NCBI GenBank assembly: GCA_964016885.1
Contig: OZ024743.1
Location: forward strand, 166,222,001 to 166,286,000
Source: Eledone cirrhosa
Taxonomy: Eukaryota
Direction of reading: 5' to 3'
Length of the DNA: 64,000 nucleotides
A program made the translations under genes and the position numbers. The stretch's first letter is position 1, and each line of letters starts with the position of its first letter. Under the pieces are notes generated by a model. It was not told the origin of the DNA. It saw only the letters and a program-made list of their open reading frames with translations, and ran no database searches. Positions 49,870 to 63,443 of this stretch are shown here, in pieces.

Positions 49870-52800
49870 TGGTACACGTGGAACATCTAGATCGTACCTA
49901 GATAGGGTTCTAGTTAGAAATAAAGATAGGGACATGTTAAGCTGTCCACAAATGTTCATGGTTGCCTATTCAGATCACAAACTAGTGACCTGCATGGTCA
50001 ACCTTGATAGAACCCATAGACAAGGACTCGGCTACTGGAAGCTGAACTTGTCGTTACCGACATGCAAAGCCTACAGTAGACGGATTAGCACTTTAGTTAA
50101 ACAGCACTTGACAGGGGCCATTGTCAACAACAGATGGTTGTACTCTCTCAAGAGGGCAGTTAGATTAGACTCGTTAGTTTTTAGTAAAGAATTAGTGTTA
50201 AATAGAAATAGGACCGAGAAGGAACTGATAGATAAAGTAGAAAAGGCAATTAGAAGTGGCAACGTAGCCAGCGTGCTAGCAACGAGAACAGCCTTGGACC
50301 AGTTCTTTGACGCAAAGCACGAAGGCTGCGTTGTCAGGAGCAAAATACGTGCTCTGGGTAACGAGGGAGCCAAAGCTGTTAGCTGGGCCTGGGTGACGGA
50401 GGCAAAAAGTGGCAACAAGTCCACAATTCGATCTTTGAAGGACCAAGACGGACGCGTGATACATGAGTCGAAGCAGTGTTGTGGGGCCTTTCAGCGACAC
50501 TTTGCTCAGCTGTTCGGGCAGGACGGCGTGCCGGGAGGGGCTATGGATTTTGGTCCATACCTCGACGGCCTACCACGACTCTCGGACAGTGAGGCGAAGT
50601 TCTGCGAAAAGACAATTTCAGCCGCTGCGATAGGGGACGCACTGAGCCAATGCGGCAAACGCAAATCTCCAGGTCTCGACGGTCTACCCTACGAATTTTA
50701 CGTAGCAATGCCGGACTAGTTCTCCGGTCTCCTGGAAGCGGTCTACTGCAACTGGCAGCAGAATGGGAGAATTCCCAGTTCTGTGACCGGGGGCGTAGTC
50801 ACACTAGTCAGGAAGGACGAGAATAAGGGGGATGACATAGGCAACTTCCGGCCCATATCTCTGCTAAACACAGAGTTACAGATTTGGGCCAAGGTGTTGG
50901 CAAAGAGGCTGGCGCTTGTCGTCGAAAACCTGGTGGGAGAAGTCAGACATGCGTAATCCCGACCAGGTCCATACACGACAACCTCCACCTCATGCGATAC
51001 ATCATAGAGAGGGTAGGGTGTAAACCCAGCTTCGGTGAGGCCCTGATCAACTTGGATCAGTCTAAGGCTTTCGATAGGGTTGACCATCATTACCTGGATG
51101 CGGTGCTCGAGGCGGCAGGCTTCGGACCCGTGTTCAGGGGCTGGATTGCTGCAATGCACAACAGCAACATCTGATCAAGGGTCAAGGTGAACGGCTACCT
51201 CTCAGAGCCGTTCCATATCACGCGATCCATTCGACAGGGTTGCCCTCTCCTCCCTTCTGTACGTACTGACTCTCGAGCCAGTACTGCGGAAGCTGGAGCT
51301 ATTGCAGGGCATCCATCTGGAACCGGGACTGCGGAAAGCGGCGTCGGCCTACGCCGACGACGTGGCAGTAATGGTGTCGAACACCTCGCAAATCGAGGAA
51401 GTTGGCACCTTACTGAAGGAATATGAAAGGTTAACAGGAGCGAAGCTGAGCCGGGACAAGTACATCGGTTTGCAACTCGGATCGTGGAGAGGCAAACCAA
51501 TGCCTTCCGATGGCGTCGTTGGATGCTGGACAGAAGGACCGGTAAAGCTGCTCGGGGTCTGGTTTGGTTCGGACCTCCAGGTGGAGAAGAACTGGAACGA
51601 GGTGACGGCCAAGGTGTTTGCACTCACCCAGAAGTGGGCCGAGTGCAAACTATCCTTGAAAGGTTGAGCGCAGGTGGCGAACACTTTTATAACGTCCGTC
51701 ATCTACTACCGCTTGACCGTCCTGCCTTGTCCAGCCAAAACGCTCACCAAAATGGAGCGCGCGCTCTTCCAATTCCTTTGGAAGAAGCGGGCTCCTTTGG
51801 TGAGAAGATCCATATCTGCTGCCAACACCCTTCAAACGCAGAGCTGGGGATGCCATGGCTGACGATGCACAAACACGCACTCAGACTGCGGCAACTCCAC
51901 GGTGTGGGGCCCATTCATGAGGCGAGCATTCCTACGACTCGTCTCGCTGACCGAGCTGCAGCCCTGGGTCAAGCAAAGACCGAGGAAAATGGGCGACTGG
52001 CACATCGAATGTGCTCGGGCGCTCACAGCCCTCTGGCAGGCGGACCCGGTGATCAGTGGAGACTCCACTTCATCATTCTATAGAGGGTTGGTCCACAGCA
52101 AGTGCGATGACGTGCTTAGAGAAACTCTAGGCGTAGAGGAAGACGAACTGGCCAGTCTGTTCGGTAGAACCTTCCGCCCAGGACCGATGGACAACTTCCA
52201 AAAGTCCCTGGCCTGGCAGTGCTACCGAGGAGCTCTACCAGTTCGAGACAAGCTCTACAAACACGGGCGCCCTGGTAGGGACTCTTTGAAAAAGATCTGT
52301 CTGAGATGCGTGCGCGACGAGGAAACCGTCGCGCACACATTTGTACACTGCCCGGGCGTTACCAACCTGTGGGGCTATGTAGAACGACTATTGCGCGGGT
52401 GGGACCAATTCAGTTGACCACCGAGTCCATTGTCATGATCAAACCGCCACCCTCCTTCAAAAACGAAGGAGGCGGTTTTCCTTTGTGTGATAACTATGGC
52501 GAAAGAGGTTGTATGGTGGACAAGGTTGAAAGGGCTGAGGTCAGACACCTTTCTCTCCGGCCAACAACTGATTCTTTTTTTCAAATACCACTTTGAAAGA
52601 AGAATCAGGATGGAGAGAGAGGTGCTGTACCCCAGCAAGTTTTATGAAAGGTGGGTGAAAGTGGCGAGAATGGCCCGAGTGAATGGGCCTTCTCTCTATA
52701 TCAGCCTCTAGGTTGAGGAAAAGGAGGAGGAGAGGAAAGGGGTACAAACTCTTCGTACTCCTGGAGATGAGGGTTGCACATTTTTTTCGGGGGTATGTGT

Positions 52801-52931
52801 TACCCATATGAAATGTCTCCCCCTATTGGGGAAAATCGATTAACTTTTGAATTGCATTTGTGATATTTTACACGTTTTTATTGTATGTAAACTTCCCCTT
52901 CTTTTGTGCCCCTGTGGCTAATAAAGAAACA
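49870..52931 (+). mobile_element. L1/Tx1-clade LINE ORF2, 5'-truncated, several frameshifts
   Basis: APE end (SYLDR, SDH), KSPGLDGLPYEFY, LDQSKAFDRV, RQGCPL, AYADD, CCHC finger CLRC..ETVAHTFVHC, and AATAAA near 52920. Confidence 0.93.
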
Positions 52932-53619
52932 TATCTATCTCTCCAACAGGGAGCTCAAACATGCAGCCCGTGAACTACTTTTGCCCGTGGTAGAACCAAT
53001 ATTTCAGATTCCATTATAACTGGTGAAAATAAGGCAGTGAGCTGGTGGAATCGTTAGCACATCCGGTGAAATGCTTAGCGGTACTTTCGTTTTTACGTTC
53101 TGAGTTAAATTCCGCTGATCTCAACTTTGCCTTTCATACTTTTGGGGTCGATAAATTAAGTACCAGTTGTGAACTGGATCGATGTAATCAACGGGACCCT
53201 AAACCGTAAATTTCATGCCTTGTGCCTATAGTAGAAATGATTATAACTGGTGAAAATCATCACCCACCACCACGTTTGGCCCACTGTGCCTCTCCTCCAG
53301 GACGTAATGGCCCTTTTATGTCCTTGAGTTTGAGACCCCTCTTCTACACACACACACACACACACACTTTACTTTTTTCTGTCTCTGGACTACGCCCATG
53401 CTGGAGCATCACCTTGGTAAGTTATGGGGACGTCAACAAACCAACAAGCATTGGTGGGAGCGCAAACACAGACGCAGACACCCACAGACATATATACATA
53501 TATACGACAGGCTTCTTTTAGTTTCGGTCTATCAAATCCACTCACAGGGCTTTGGTCGGCCCGGGCAGTGGGACTGACCCCGGAAACATGTGGTTGGGAA
53601 GCGAACTTCTTGTCACACT

Positions 53620-53665
<46 letters not shown>

Positions 53666-55554
53666 TATCAAGTTAACAATGAAAATAAAAAGAACAAAGT
53701 CAAGTTACTTTATAACTTTGTTTTTATTTTGTTGTTTTTATTTTTATTGTTAATTTAATACCTAATATCTGACTCTGTATCTAAAGAATTAATCCAGCGA
53801 AACACAGAACTTCTCTATGGATTTTACAAGATTACATTGAGTCCTATCTACGGCACGGACCCTACTACCAGAAGTAGACCAGACTGAAAAAGAAAATATA
53901 TATATATAAATCTACACCCTCTCTCTATAAAGTTGGTACCACAACATCCAGTCCAAATAAATGAGATAATGAGATTGAGATCGTGTAGGTGTCACGACAA
54001 AAAAACACACAGTCCATGCTGTAATGTGGCCGTGTATGTAACACGGTAAAAAGTTCCCAGTTCCACACTGTAAATGAGCTTGGTGTTAGGAAGGGCATCC
54101 AGCCGTAGAAAACCTGCCAGATAGTCCTATATGAGCTAGACACGGTCACCCGACCAACCTTGCCTCAAGTGGGACAACTCCCGTCTAACCCATGCTAGAG
54201 TGGAAGATGGACGTTAAACGATGATGATGATGATGATGATGATGATACATATATACATACATACATTTACCTATGTATATAGCTATGCATTTATACTTAA
54301 GTGTGGAAGGATATCGACATGATTTGTTTTTTTGGGTAAGGAGAGAATTTTGCCTCCAGATTTTATTATTTAGGGAGTTTAAATACCACAGCATTTCAAC
54401 CTCATCAAACACCAACGCCGGCCTGTGTGTATATATATGTGTGTGTGTATGTATGTATGTACGTATGCTTGTGTGTGTATGATTGTATGTATATGTATAC
54501 ACCCACACCTTTCATCACCGTTGCTTCTTTTTCTTGTCGTTTCTGTTGTTCTAGTTGTCATAGTTGACGTTGCCCTTATTTTCATTTTCTTTGATTTCTT
54601 TTATCTCCCTAGGCAATTCGTTGACAAGCTTCTTTTATTTATTTTCTTTGTTTTCTTCATTCAAATGCATTCACACTGGCTGTCTCAGAGATTTACAAAT
54701 ATGGCTTATAAAACTTACCTAAGTAAATAGCCTTCCCTAGCACCCCCAAAGCTCCAAAACGCCCCCCTGGAGCTCTGAAACGCCCACCAGGGAGGGGGGG
54801 GGGGGCATATGAAAGGAACCTTTGCTCTAAAGCAACCAATAATTTAATCAACTTAGTAAATGCCCAATGACAATAAACTTATCGCATTATTGATCTCACC
54901 TTTATCTTTCTTGAGAGAGTATAAGTCTATAAAATGTGACAGGCGTTGATTAGCTGCAATAGTGTTTAACGTTTCTTGACAGTAGATGTAGCATGGGCAA
55001 AGGGTTAAGTTTGCTTCTCAATCATTAAGCTCTTGGGTGGAATCTTGGACAAATGTTATTTACCATAGCCTCAGGTAGATCGATGGCTTGTGAGTGAAAA
55101 TGGGTAGACAGAAACTGTTTGGAAGTCCATCGGATGGACTGTATCTGTATTTCACTATGTCATGCACTGAATTTAAGGGTACCTGTATCTATGGAATGCT
55201 TACACGTTAATTTCATGTGAAGGTTGTTCTGTTGATCAAACAACTGGAACACTCATTGTCGAAAGCGACGGAGCTAAATTCTAATGTCATCAACAAAGGA
55301 GCTGTTACATCAGTCGCTCGTTCTACTACAGATATTCATGAAATATCCTTCAAATATTTTATTACCTTTGACAAAAGAAATCAACGGGGAAGAAACAAAG
55401 TCGACTGTTTGTATTAGGGCAATAGCAGTTCAAATTGCAATATTTAACATTTGTTTTATTGGTATAAAATATGTAATTGTGTAAAATATCATATATTTAT
55501 GAAGGATAGTATTGTTTGATGCAATATGCAGAGTACACAGGATCGGTGCTTGGG

Positions 55555-55850
55555 TATTCAGCACCCTAGGTTAGCTCTACAATGTGGGCCCTTGATTATC
55601 CCTACAATGTGTCTCTAGACATATAGTGCTTTGGGCTAGCCCTGTAATGTGTGCCTGGGTATTTAGAACCCTTGCCTATCCCTACAATGTGCCTGGATAC
55701 TTAGTGCTTTAGACTAGTCCTACAATGTGTGCCTAGGTATTTAGTGCCTTAGTCTAGCCCTACAATCTGTGCCTAGAGCACAGGCTTTTAGTACCCTTGG
55801 CTAGTTCTACAATGTATATCTGGATATATAGTACTTTAGGTTAACTCTAT
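55555..55850 (+). repeat. Degenerate ~40-bp minisatellite, about 7 copies
   Basis: Recurrent ctacaatgtgtgcctag...tttagtgc. Confidence 0.85.
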
Positions 55851-56037
55851 GTGTTCCCTTCTCACTCCATTTTCCCACTTAAAATTTCAAGCTGATGAAC
55901 CACTACACAGACCACACTCGTCCATGCCAAATCATGTGACACACTTTGGCATATTACCACAATGCTGCTACACTGCAAAAATGTTTTGTAATTAATTTAT
56001 TGATCACAGAAAATTATTATATACTTAATTATACAAA

Positions 56038-56581
56038 CTAGCAGAAAAACCACCCTTTTAGTGGTTTTCTGCTAGCATGTGTAGTGTATATATTGATATT
56101 ATACGCAGGTATATATACATGTAGATATGATACATCAAATAAAATCGTAATTGACAATATACACAGAAATTGAACGAAGACTACGTTACACTGTCTTATG
56201 TAATCAGTATAGTAATCCATGATACATTAAAAAAAGACGATATCATATATAAACTGCATCAGGAGAAAATTAGTGACAAAATTAGTATGTTTATTTAAGT
56301 GATCGCCACCGGAAGTGTTGACATCACACACTCTCTCTTTCTATATATATGGTAGTTGAAGTGATGGTGGTGGCGACAATATACTGGAAGTGCAACTTTG
56401 AAAAGAAGTTAATTTTAAATTATTTATTTTTACAAAATTATTTTTGTTTATAAAATTTAGTAGATAAATTATGTAATATTCATTCATTATTTATTCAAAG
56501 TAATCCAACTTATTTTACTAATGGGGTAAAAAAAAAAAAACTGTACGCAGTCCTGCAGACCTTCCTTTATTATAGTTTAGA
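56038..56581 (-). mobile_element. Second copy of the same Helitron-like element, without the SINE
   Basis: Colinear with 16146-16870. Confidence 0.75.
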
Positions 56582-56614
56582 TTTGTATAAAACTGTAATC
56601 CTTTAAGGTTCAAC

Positions 56615-56850
56615 AATGAAGTTTCTACCTACTCCTTTCCTACACACTGAGCATGGCCATTTCCCGGATGGGACTGGTGTCCTATTTTCCTTCCTACAAA
56701 CTAGAACTTTAGTCTTAGACAGGTTAATTTTAAGGCCTTTTGATTCTAGGCCATGCTTCCATGTTTGGAATTTCTTCTCTAGTTCGGGCATTGATTCAGC
56801 TATGAGCGATAGATCATCTGCGTATAGGAGTTCCCATGGGCAGCCGGTCT
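56615..56850 (-). mobile_element. Internal fragment of RTE family A
   Basis: WELLYADD...KWPCSVCRKGVGRN, near-identical to 20045-20272. Confidence 0.9.
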
Positions 56851-58764
56851 TTTATAAACATATTTTATACTGCTGTCATAAGGCTTATTGTCAGTTACTA
56901 GGTGCGGTTGTTGTTGCCAACCCAAACTATTTAGTGATAAACAAACCGTATCGCCAATACCAACTGCAATTCTCATTCCTGCTGCTGTTGCTATGACGGG
57001 TGATGGTGTGGCTATTATTGGTGATGTTATGATTCTTCTTGTCATTGTAGCTGCTTATAGACAACTACCAGGCCGAAGAACTGGACACACCCTCCTCTGC
57101 TGTTCCTGCTAGACTCAACCAATAATTGATCATACCCTACACCAAAGGTTCTCAACGGGGGGCATAAACATTGGTGATGAAAGATGTGGAGGTATACATA
57201 TACATACATACAATCATACACACACATACATACGTACGTACATACATACATGCACACACACAGGCCGGCATTGGTGTTTGATGAGGTTGAAATACTGTGG
57301 TATTTAATCTCCCTAGGTAATAAAATCTGGAGTCAAAATTCTCTCCTTACCAAAACATAAATCATGTCAACATCTTTCCACACTTAAATATAAATGCATA
57401 GCTATATACATAGGTAAATGTATGTAGATTTATATATATATTATACACACACACATCATCATCATCATCATCGTTTAACGTCCATTTTCCACGCTAGCAT
57501 GGGTCTGGACGGGAATTGTCCCACTTGAGGTAAGATTGGTTGTCTTGCGGGTTTTCTACGGCTGGATGCCCTTCCTAACACCAACCACGTTTACAGTGTG
57601 GACTGGGAGGTTTTTACCGTGTTACCTACACGGCCACATTACAGCGTGGACTGTGTGTTTTTTGTCGTGACACCTACACGACCTCATTTGTTTCGGACTG
57701 GATGTTGTGGTACCAACATAACTTCACATTTAAGGGGGTGGTGTGGATGGGGTGGGGGTAGTGGGATGGGGGTGTATTTTGTTAGAGGTGCCTACTGACT
57801 GTAGGTTTCGCTTTGTACTTAGGCAAGGCGGGTGTTCTGTATAACTGTGTAGCGCCAAAGACCTCGGTCCAGTGACATTGTGTATGTATAATATATATAT
57901 ATATAAATCTACATATATCTATATATTTTCTTTTTTCAGTCTACCTCTGGTGTTACCTATCTCTCCACCACGCTCAATCCTCCACCATATTGACCACATC
58001 CCTCACACCTCTACATCACCATACACTAATCAGCTACCCTAAACCTTTACTCATTGCCCTGCCAAATCCTCATATACATTTATAACTTCATACTATCTCC
58101 CTCCTCAAAGCTGAGAGATTTCTCTACCATTGGATCTATGAACAAAAGCCTCCCCAGTGATGGTACCACGAAAATGCACTCAGTACACTCCGTGAGGGTG
58201 GTTGGTGACAGGAAGTGCACTCCACTGTAGAAACCATGCCTAAAAGGGTTGAGTGGGCCCTTTAGTTATGTCAAAGACACAACAACCTCTTTAGTGTTGG
58301 TGATCTACACAATAAATGCACCCAGTACATACTGTAAAGTGGTTGGTGATAGGAAGGGCATCTAAACATAGAAGGCTTGCCAAGTAAGGGGTTAGAGGAC
58401 CCTTCAGTTTGTGTCAAAAACACAACTTCCCCTCTGCGCTTGGTATAACCCTACGGAAGCGGGATACAGACCCCATCATTGGCGTAATGGGAGCATACTC
58501 ATCCGGCAAACAAGAGGTATGGGTTTGACTCCTATGTAAGCTGATACCCCTCTTTTTCCGTTCAGTGGTTTTATACACCCCATTATTAGACTTTATTATA
58601 GTCAAAAATATTATGGCATAGCTTATATTACTATTTCAATTCTAAAATTTGCTCACCGCCTTCCAAATAAGCTTCTTTTGATAAACATGTTTCAGATATT
58701 ATATGGCATATCTATTGTTATTGTAAATGTGAGCTTACGTGCAATAATATATACACACACTTAT

Positions 58765-61550
58765 TATTACTTGTATCTGTGGTGGCGTTCACCCAGGGTG
58801 AGTTGAGCCGGCTGCATCCAAGGAATTCATGGTATCCCTCATGAACACAGACCAAACACAATGATCAGAGGCAATTGAATCGGTGAGGGCCAACCAATTG
58901 CAATTCCAACAGTGAGTACTGAACACACTTGGGCCCACGTGGATGTCGACGTCAATTTTCACGGTGTGCAGCCAAGTTTTCAGCTATCCACTGAATCGTT
59001 TGCGCCATCCTTGATGTGGTTGTGGATCAACTGCTTCACAGATGGATTCACCCAGTTGATGCTGAAGTGCATGGCCAAACCATTTCAGTTGACATCTATG
59101 AAAAACATTCCCAATCGGTTTGATGTTGCAATGCGAGTGGACCTCTGCATTTGATAGGAAGTGATGCCAGAGGACATGAAGGATGTGGTGAAGACAGAAA
59201 TGATCAAATATTTCAAGCTTGTGCAGATCGGTTACTCTCATGGGCTATGACTCAGCCATAGAGGAGGATTATGCAGACAAGGGTTTGGTATTTCTGATTC
59301 CCAGCCTAGACCATAATTAAGATCTCAGTCGCTGTCAATGCGGGCATCAATATCCTCTTTCCCCTAGACCATGGAGCCTAGGTATTTGAAGTGGTGGACC
59401 TCCTCAAGAGTTTCCCTATTGATTGTGAGCAGAAGCTTGTCAGAGGGCGCAAAATCTGCGACCAAGATCTTGGTTTTCATTGCATTGATTCTCATGGCAA
59501 TCTAGGCAGCAAACAAGTGCTGACTGAACATTGGCAAAACTGTCTCTGAGGATAGTGATGACGTCAACATAGTCCAGATTAGTTATGGCGAAGTCGCGAT
59601 CCACCGCAACGCCAGGAAAGCCAGCAAGAGCTTGGTTTGTAATCCAGTCAACTGCTTAGTTGAACAGCATCGGGGACAGTACACAACCCTGCCAGACTCC
59701 AGACTAAATGTCAAAGAAGTCTGACTCTTAACCATATATACTGATCTTTGTTTGAATGGAGCAATGCTTTCAGAAGATTAAGCAGCTTTGGGGGAATCCC
59801 ATCTGCTTTCATAACTTCCCAAAGGAGTGAAAAGCTGCAGCAAAATCAACAAAGCACACAATTGTATGCTGTTGGTAACATCACCAATGCTCAAATGTTC
59901 TCCTCAGCATGAAAATTTAGTCTGTACACTCATAATCAGGAAGGAATCTGCACTGGTTTGGCTTTGTTCAGCGGTCATGTTCATTCTGAAACCTTCTCAG
60001 CAAGATGGAAGCAAAGACCCTTGCAGCAATGTCAATAAGGCTTATACCTTGGTAGTTCTTGCAGCATCATCTATCTCCCTTCATGGAAAAAAGGTAAGAG
60101 GACTGCATCAACCCAGCCTTGAGGAAGAGATTCGGTATCCCAGACATGGGTGATGTTTTGGTGGAGCAAAGCAACCAAAACGTCATGGCAGTGTTTAAAG
60201 ATCTCTGCAGGTAAACCATCTTCTCTGGCAGTCTTATTGTTCTTCAGCTTCATGACTAGATCTTGGACCTACTCAGTAGTTGAAGCAGAAGTGAGGCAGT
60301 CATATGGTGTCAAAGATGGTAGGAAGGTTGATGAAAAACTGTGTGGCTGAGTAGTTCGGCAGAGTGGTCATGCCAACACTGCATGTGATCACTGTTGCTT
60401 GACTATCTGAGCTCAGACTCCGAAACTCTGGCTGTCATTCAATCAAGGTACCACATGCTGATGCTTCTTTCACAACGGTTCATCTGACAACTTGGGTATT
60501 CATGGTGTTACATTCGCTTTAAGAGATCGAGCCAACGCAGTACTGCTGTCATGGGAACCAATCTCCTCATGTTTAGCGCACATCTGACTGAAAGGCTGAC
60601 TGTTCAATATAACGGTCATTGCTGTCTATGCTCTGGCCTACGACTCAGATGACCTTGATAAAGACACCTTCTATAACAAACTGCAAGCTACAATCAACGG
60701 TACACCCTCGAGAGACCCTGTTATTATTGCAGGTGACTGGAATGCATGCCCTGGAAGCCGGGATGCAATAAATAAACACATTCTTGGTCTGTTGCATATA
60801 GGGGCTCACTGCACCAATGGTGATCATCTCGTAAATTTTGCAGCAACCAACCAAATTAATGTTTCCAACACTCAAAGAGCCATCTTCTCACTTGGTATTC
60901 AAATGACAGTGTCACAGCTAACCAGATCGATCACATCCTGCTCAAGAATCGCTGGGCCTCTAGCTTCCTCAATTACCGTCATGCAGAGACTGGTAATGAA
61001 AACAGTTCTGACCATATGATGGTACGAGCTAAGCTCCATCTCTGCCTCAGAGCCAACAAACTGTCCACAAAGGCAGGAAGATATGACATCATGAGACTTA
61101 AATCCAGTGAGATTGTGCATAGCTTCCGACTCGAAATGTCCAATCAGTTCAGTGGACTTGAAACCCTCCAATCAGCAGATCTCCCCACTGAAGACCCATG
61201 GTAATGTTTCAAACAGAACGTTAAAGAACCTGCATCCAAAATGCTTGGAATTACGAAAAAATACAGAAAAGATTGGACCTCAGCCCAAATGATCACACTT
61301 GCAGATAAAACGAAACAGGTTTGTTGCAGTGCCGATGGTGATTTCTGCCGTCTCTGTTGAAAAGCAGCTAGGTCGGTTTGTGCTGATCATAATGCCAACT
61401 GGCGTAGCATCGCAGAAGACATGTGTTGCATTAGTTGGTGACTCATGAAAGCTTTACAGCTTTCTCCATTCCAGTAAAAGCTGTGGTTCAGCCACAAATC
61501 AGGCTATTCTGAGTCAAACTGGGGAGGTCATCGTGGATCTCAATATACAG
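58765..61550 (-). mobile_element. RTE-clade LINE with inverted 5' part (RT on minus 58765-60385, APE on plus 60386-61550)
   Basis: Minus: QGCVLSPMLFN, HFKYLGS, LKWFGHAL and (TAA) tail. Plus: LSELRL, ITVIAVYA, IIAGDWNA, NQIDHIL, SDH. Confidence 0.85.
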
Positions 61551-61659
61551 GTGCATTTATGCGTATATGCATCCACATACATAAGTATATGTGATTGTAT
61601 GTATGAATCTGTGAGTAAGAATGTATATGTGAATATGCAAAAGTATATACATATCATGT

Positions 61660-62250
61660 ATAGGTTCAAGGATGCAGATGAGGAGCCAGATTTTATAGTA
61701 GGGTTCTCCTAAGAGTGTGATATGGAGTTTAGAGCTGGTTTTGTGAGTTTTAATGAGGTGGTAGAAAGTTGGTAACCTGATATTTCTAGTGGTGAAACTG
61801 GTTTTATTTTTGTTAGGGAATAGTTGAGGCTTGCAGATATCAGTTCAGGTAATATTAATGAGGTTTTCAATCCAGGTTGGTGAAATGCCTGTTACTTTGA
61901 AGTATAATCATTGTTGTTGAGTTGTTCAAATACCAGGTCGTTGTAGGTTTCTTAAGTGACAACACAAAACTCTTTTCCTTTGCTGGAAAGGAGGTATACA
62001 AGGTGCTTTGTTCTTAGTCCTTTTCAAAGTGAGTAGCTGAGAGGTTAGGAAATATTTTTCTTCATTTTTGCAGGATGTTAAAGATAGACTGCTTGAGTAT
62101 GGAGAGTTGAGACTGAATTCATTGTTGGTTGGTGATCGCAGTGATATGTGGGGAATTTGATGGATGCAGAGCTGTTTGTCACAGTAGTGATGGTGTTGGT
62201 AGAGGTGGTAATAGCAGATAACTATCTGAGATGATCGGTCATCAAGCCAC
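61660..62250 (-). mobile_element. Penelope-like RT N-terminal remnant
   Basis: RLPTFYHLIKTHK resembles the PLE RT motif PxFYxLxKxHK. Confidence 0.7.
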
Positions 62251-62765
62251 TGTTAAGATGAATTTTGGGCGGAGGCTCAGGAGAACAAGTTCCATGTGGG
62301 AGAGAGATCCTGTTAAATCTGTGATGAGAAGTTGTGCTTTAGTGATATGTAGTGTATTGGGGTTGGTTGGTATGCTTGTAGTCAGTGGTAAGGTGGTCAT
62401 GTTTGCCTAGGTTGATATTAGGAGAAGAATTGTTGTTGCAGGTATGAGGTCATCCCAAGACTCCTTCAACAAGACCAACTTAAGTCTAATGGATTCGCCT
62501 TTAGCCTCAACATCGTCTCTCTTTTTCTACTCTTGGGTCCCAAATAATAGGGGAGTTGTAATAAGCAGGGTGAGGAAGGAATCGATCATTTTTCTAGGTT
62601 GTCTCCCTTGATTTTTCTTAAAAACCAGAATTAGGCATTTAGTTTAAATATTGTGACCCCAACCCATCCTATTTATTCTATAACATATGGGATTTCTTAT
62701 GTTCTTTTTTGTCATGTATAATGTTTTTTAATGTCTAAAGAAAATTGTCACAGGAATGCTACCAC

Positions 62766-62885
62766 CTCTGACATCATTTCAACTCCTAATCCTCATTGTC
62801 GAAAATATCTACTTTACTTTCTACAACCACACCTATAAACAAACAGCAGGCCTACCCGTAGGATCCAGTCTCTCAGGCTATCCAT
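62766..62885 (+). mobile_element. Penelope-like RT fragment
   Basis: LLILIVENIYFTFYNHTYKQTAGLPVGSSLSG. Confidence 0.75.
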
Positions 62886-63379
62886 TTAAAACCAAACTGC
62901 ATTTTCAATAGAATATACTTATTTCCCCATTGATGTCACGCAATATTTTAGATACAAAATATCAATATGCTTTTATTTGCCACATTAAAATAACCAAAAT
63001 GAAGTTGAGAACAAATATTAATGAGAATGTTAATAAAATAATTATTAGTTTAAAAATTAGACAAAAGATTTGTTTTGAGGGAGGAGGCTCTAGCTAATTT
63101 AATTAGCATATAAGATAAAATTGATCCTCATAGAATAATTTGAACTCAAAATGTAGGTTCTGCCATTAACAATTATAATATATATACATAAGTAGAATAT
63201 AATGGAAAGTCAACTCTGAACTAGGAACAATGTGTAGCTAAATAGCTACACTAATTGATTTTAATTTAGGGTCCAGTTATTTTATATATTTCAACATCTC
63301 TATACAAAATATATTTACATCATTAAAAACTTGAGAAGATAAAATTACAAATAAAAGATTCTTTTTCCCCATCTTCTTT

Positions 63380-63443
63380 TTATTTAATCCCAAAGAGCAG
63401 TCGTAAATCATTAAGTTCTAAACGGCTTGTTGATTGTCCTGAT
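63380..63443 (-). CDS. TTF2: TTF2 last coding exon, (G)SGQSTSRLELNDLRLLFGIK*
   Basis: Acceptor ttatttaacag, phase compatible, TAA at 63380-63382. The L-x-L-x-DLRxLFGI end is typical of TTF2/Lodestar. Confidence 0.9.

Larger units (their letters stand above)
42899..54824. mobile_element. hAT (Buster/Charlie-type) non-autonomous element expanded by nested insertions
   Basis: TIR CAAAGGTTC...GAACCTTTG with identical 8-bp TSD CTCTAAAG at 42891-42898 and 54825-54832. Confidence 0.6.
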
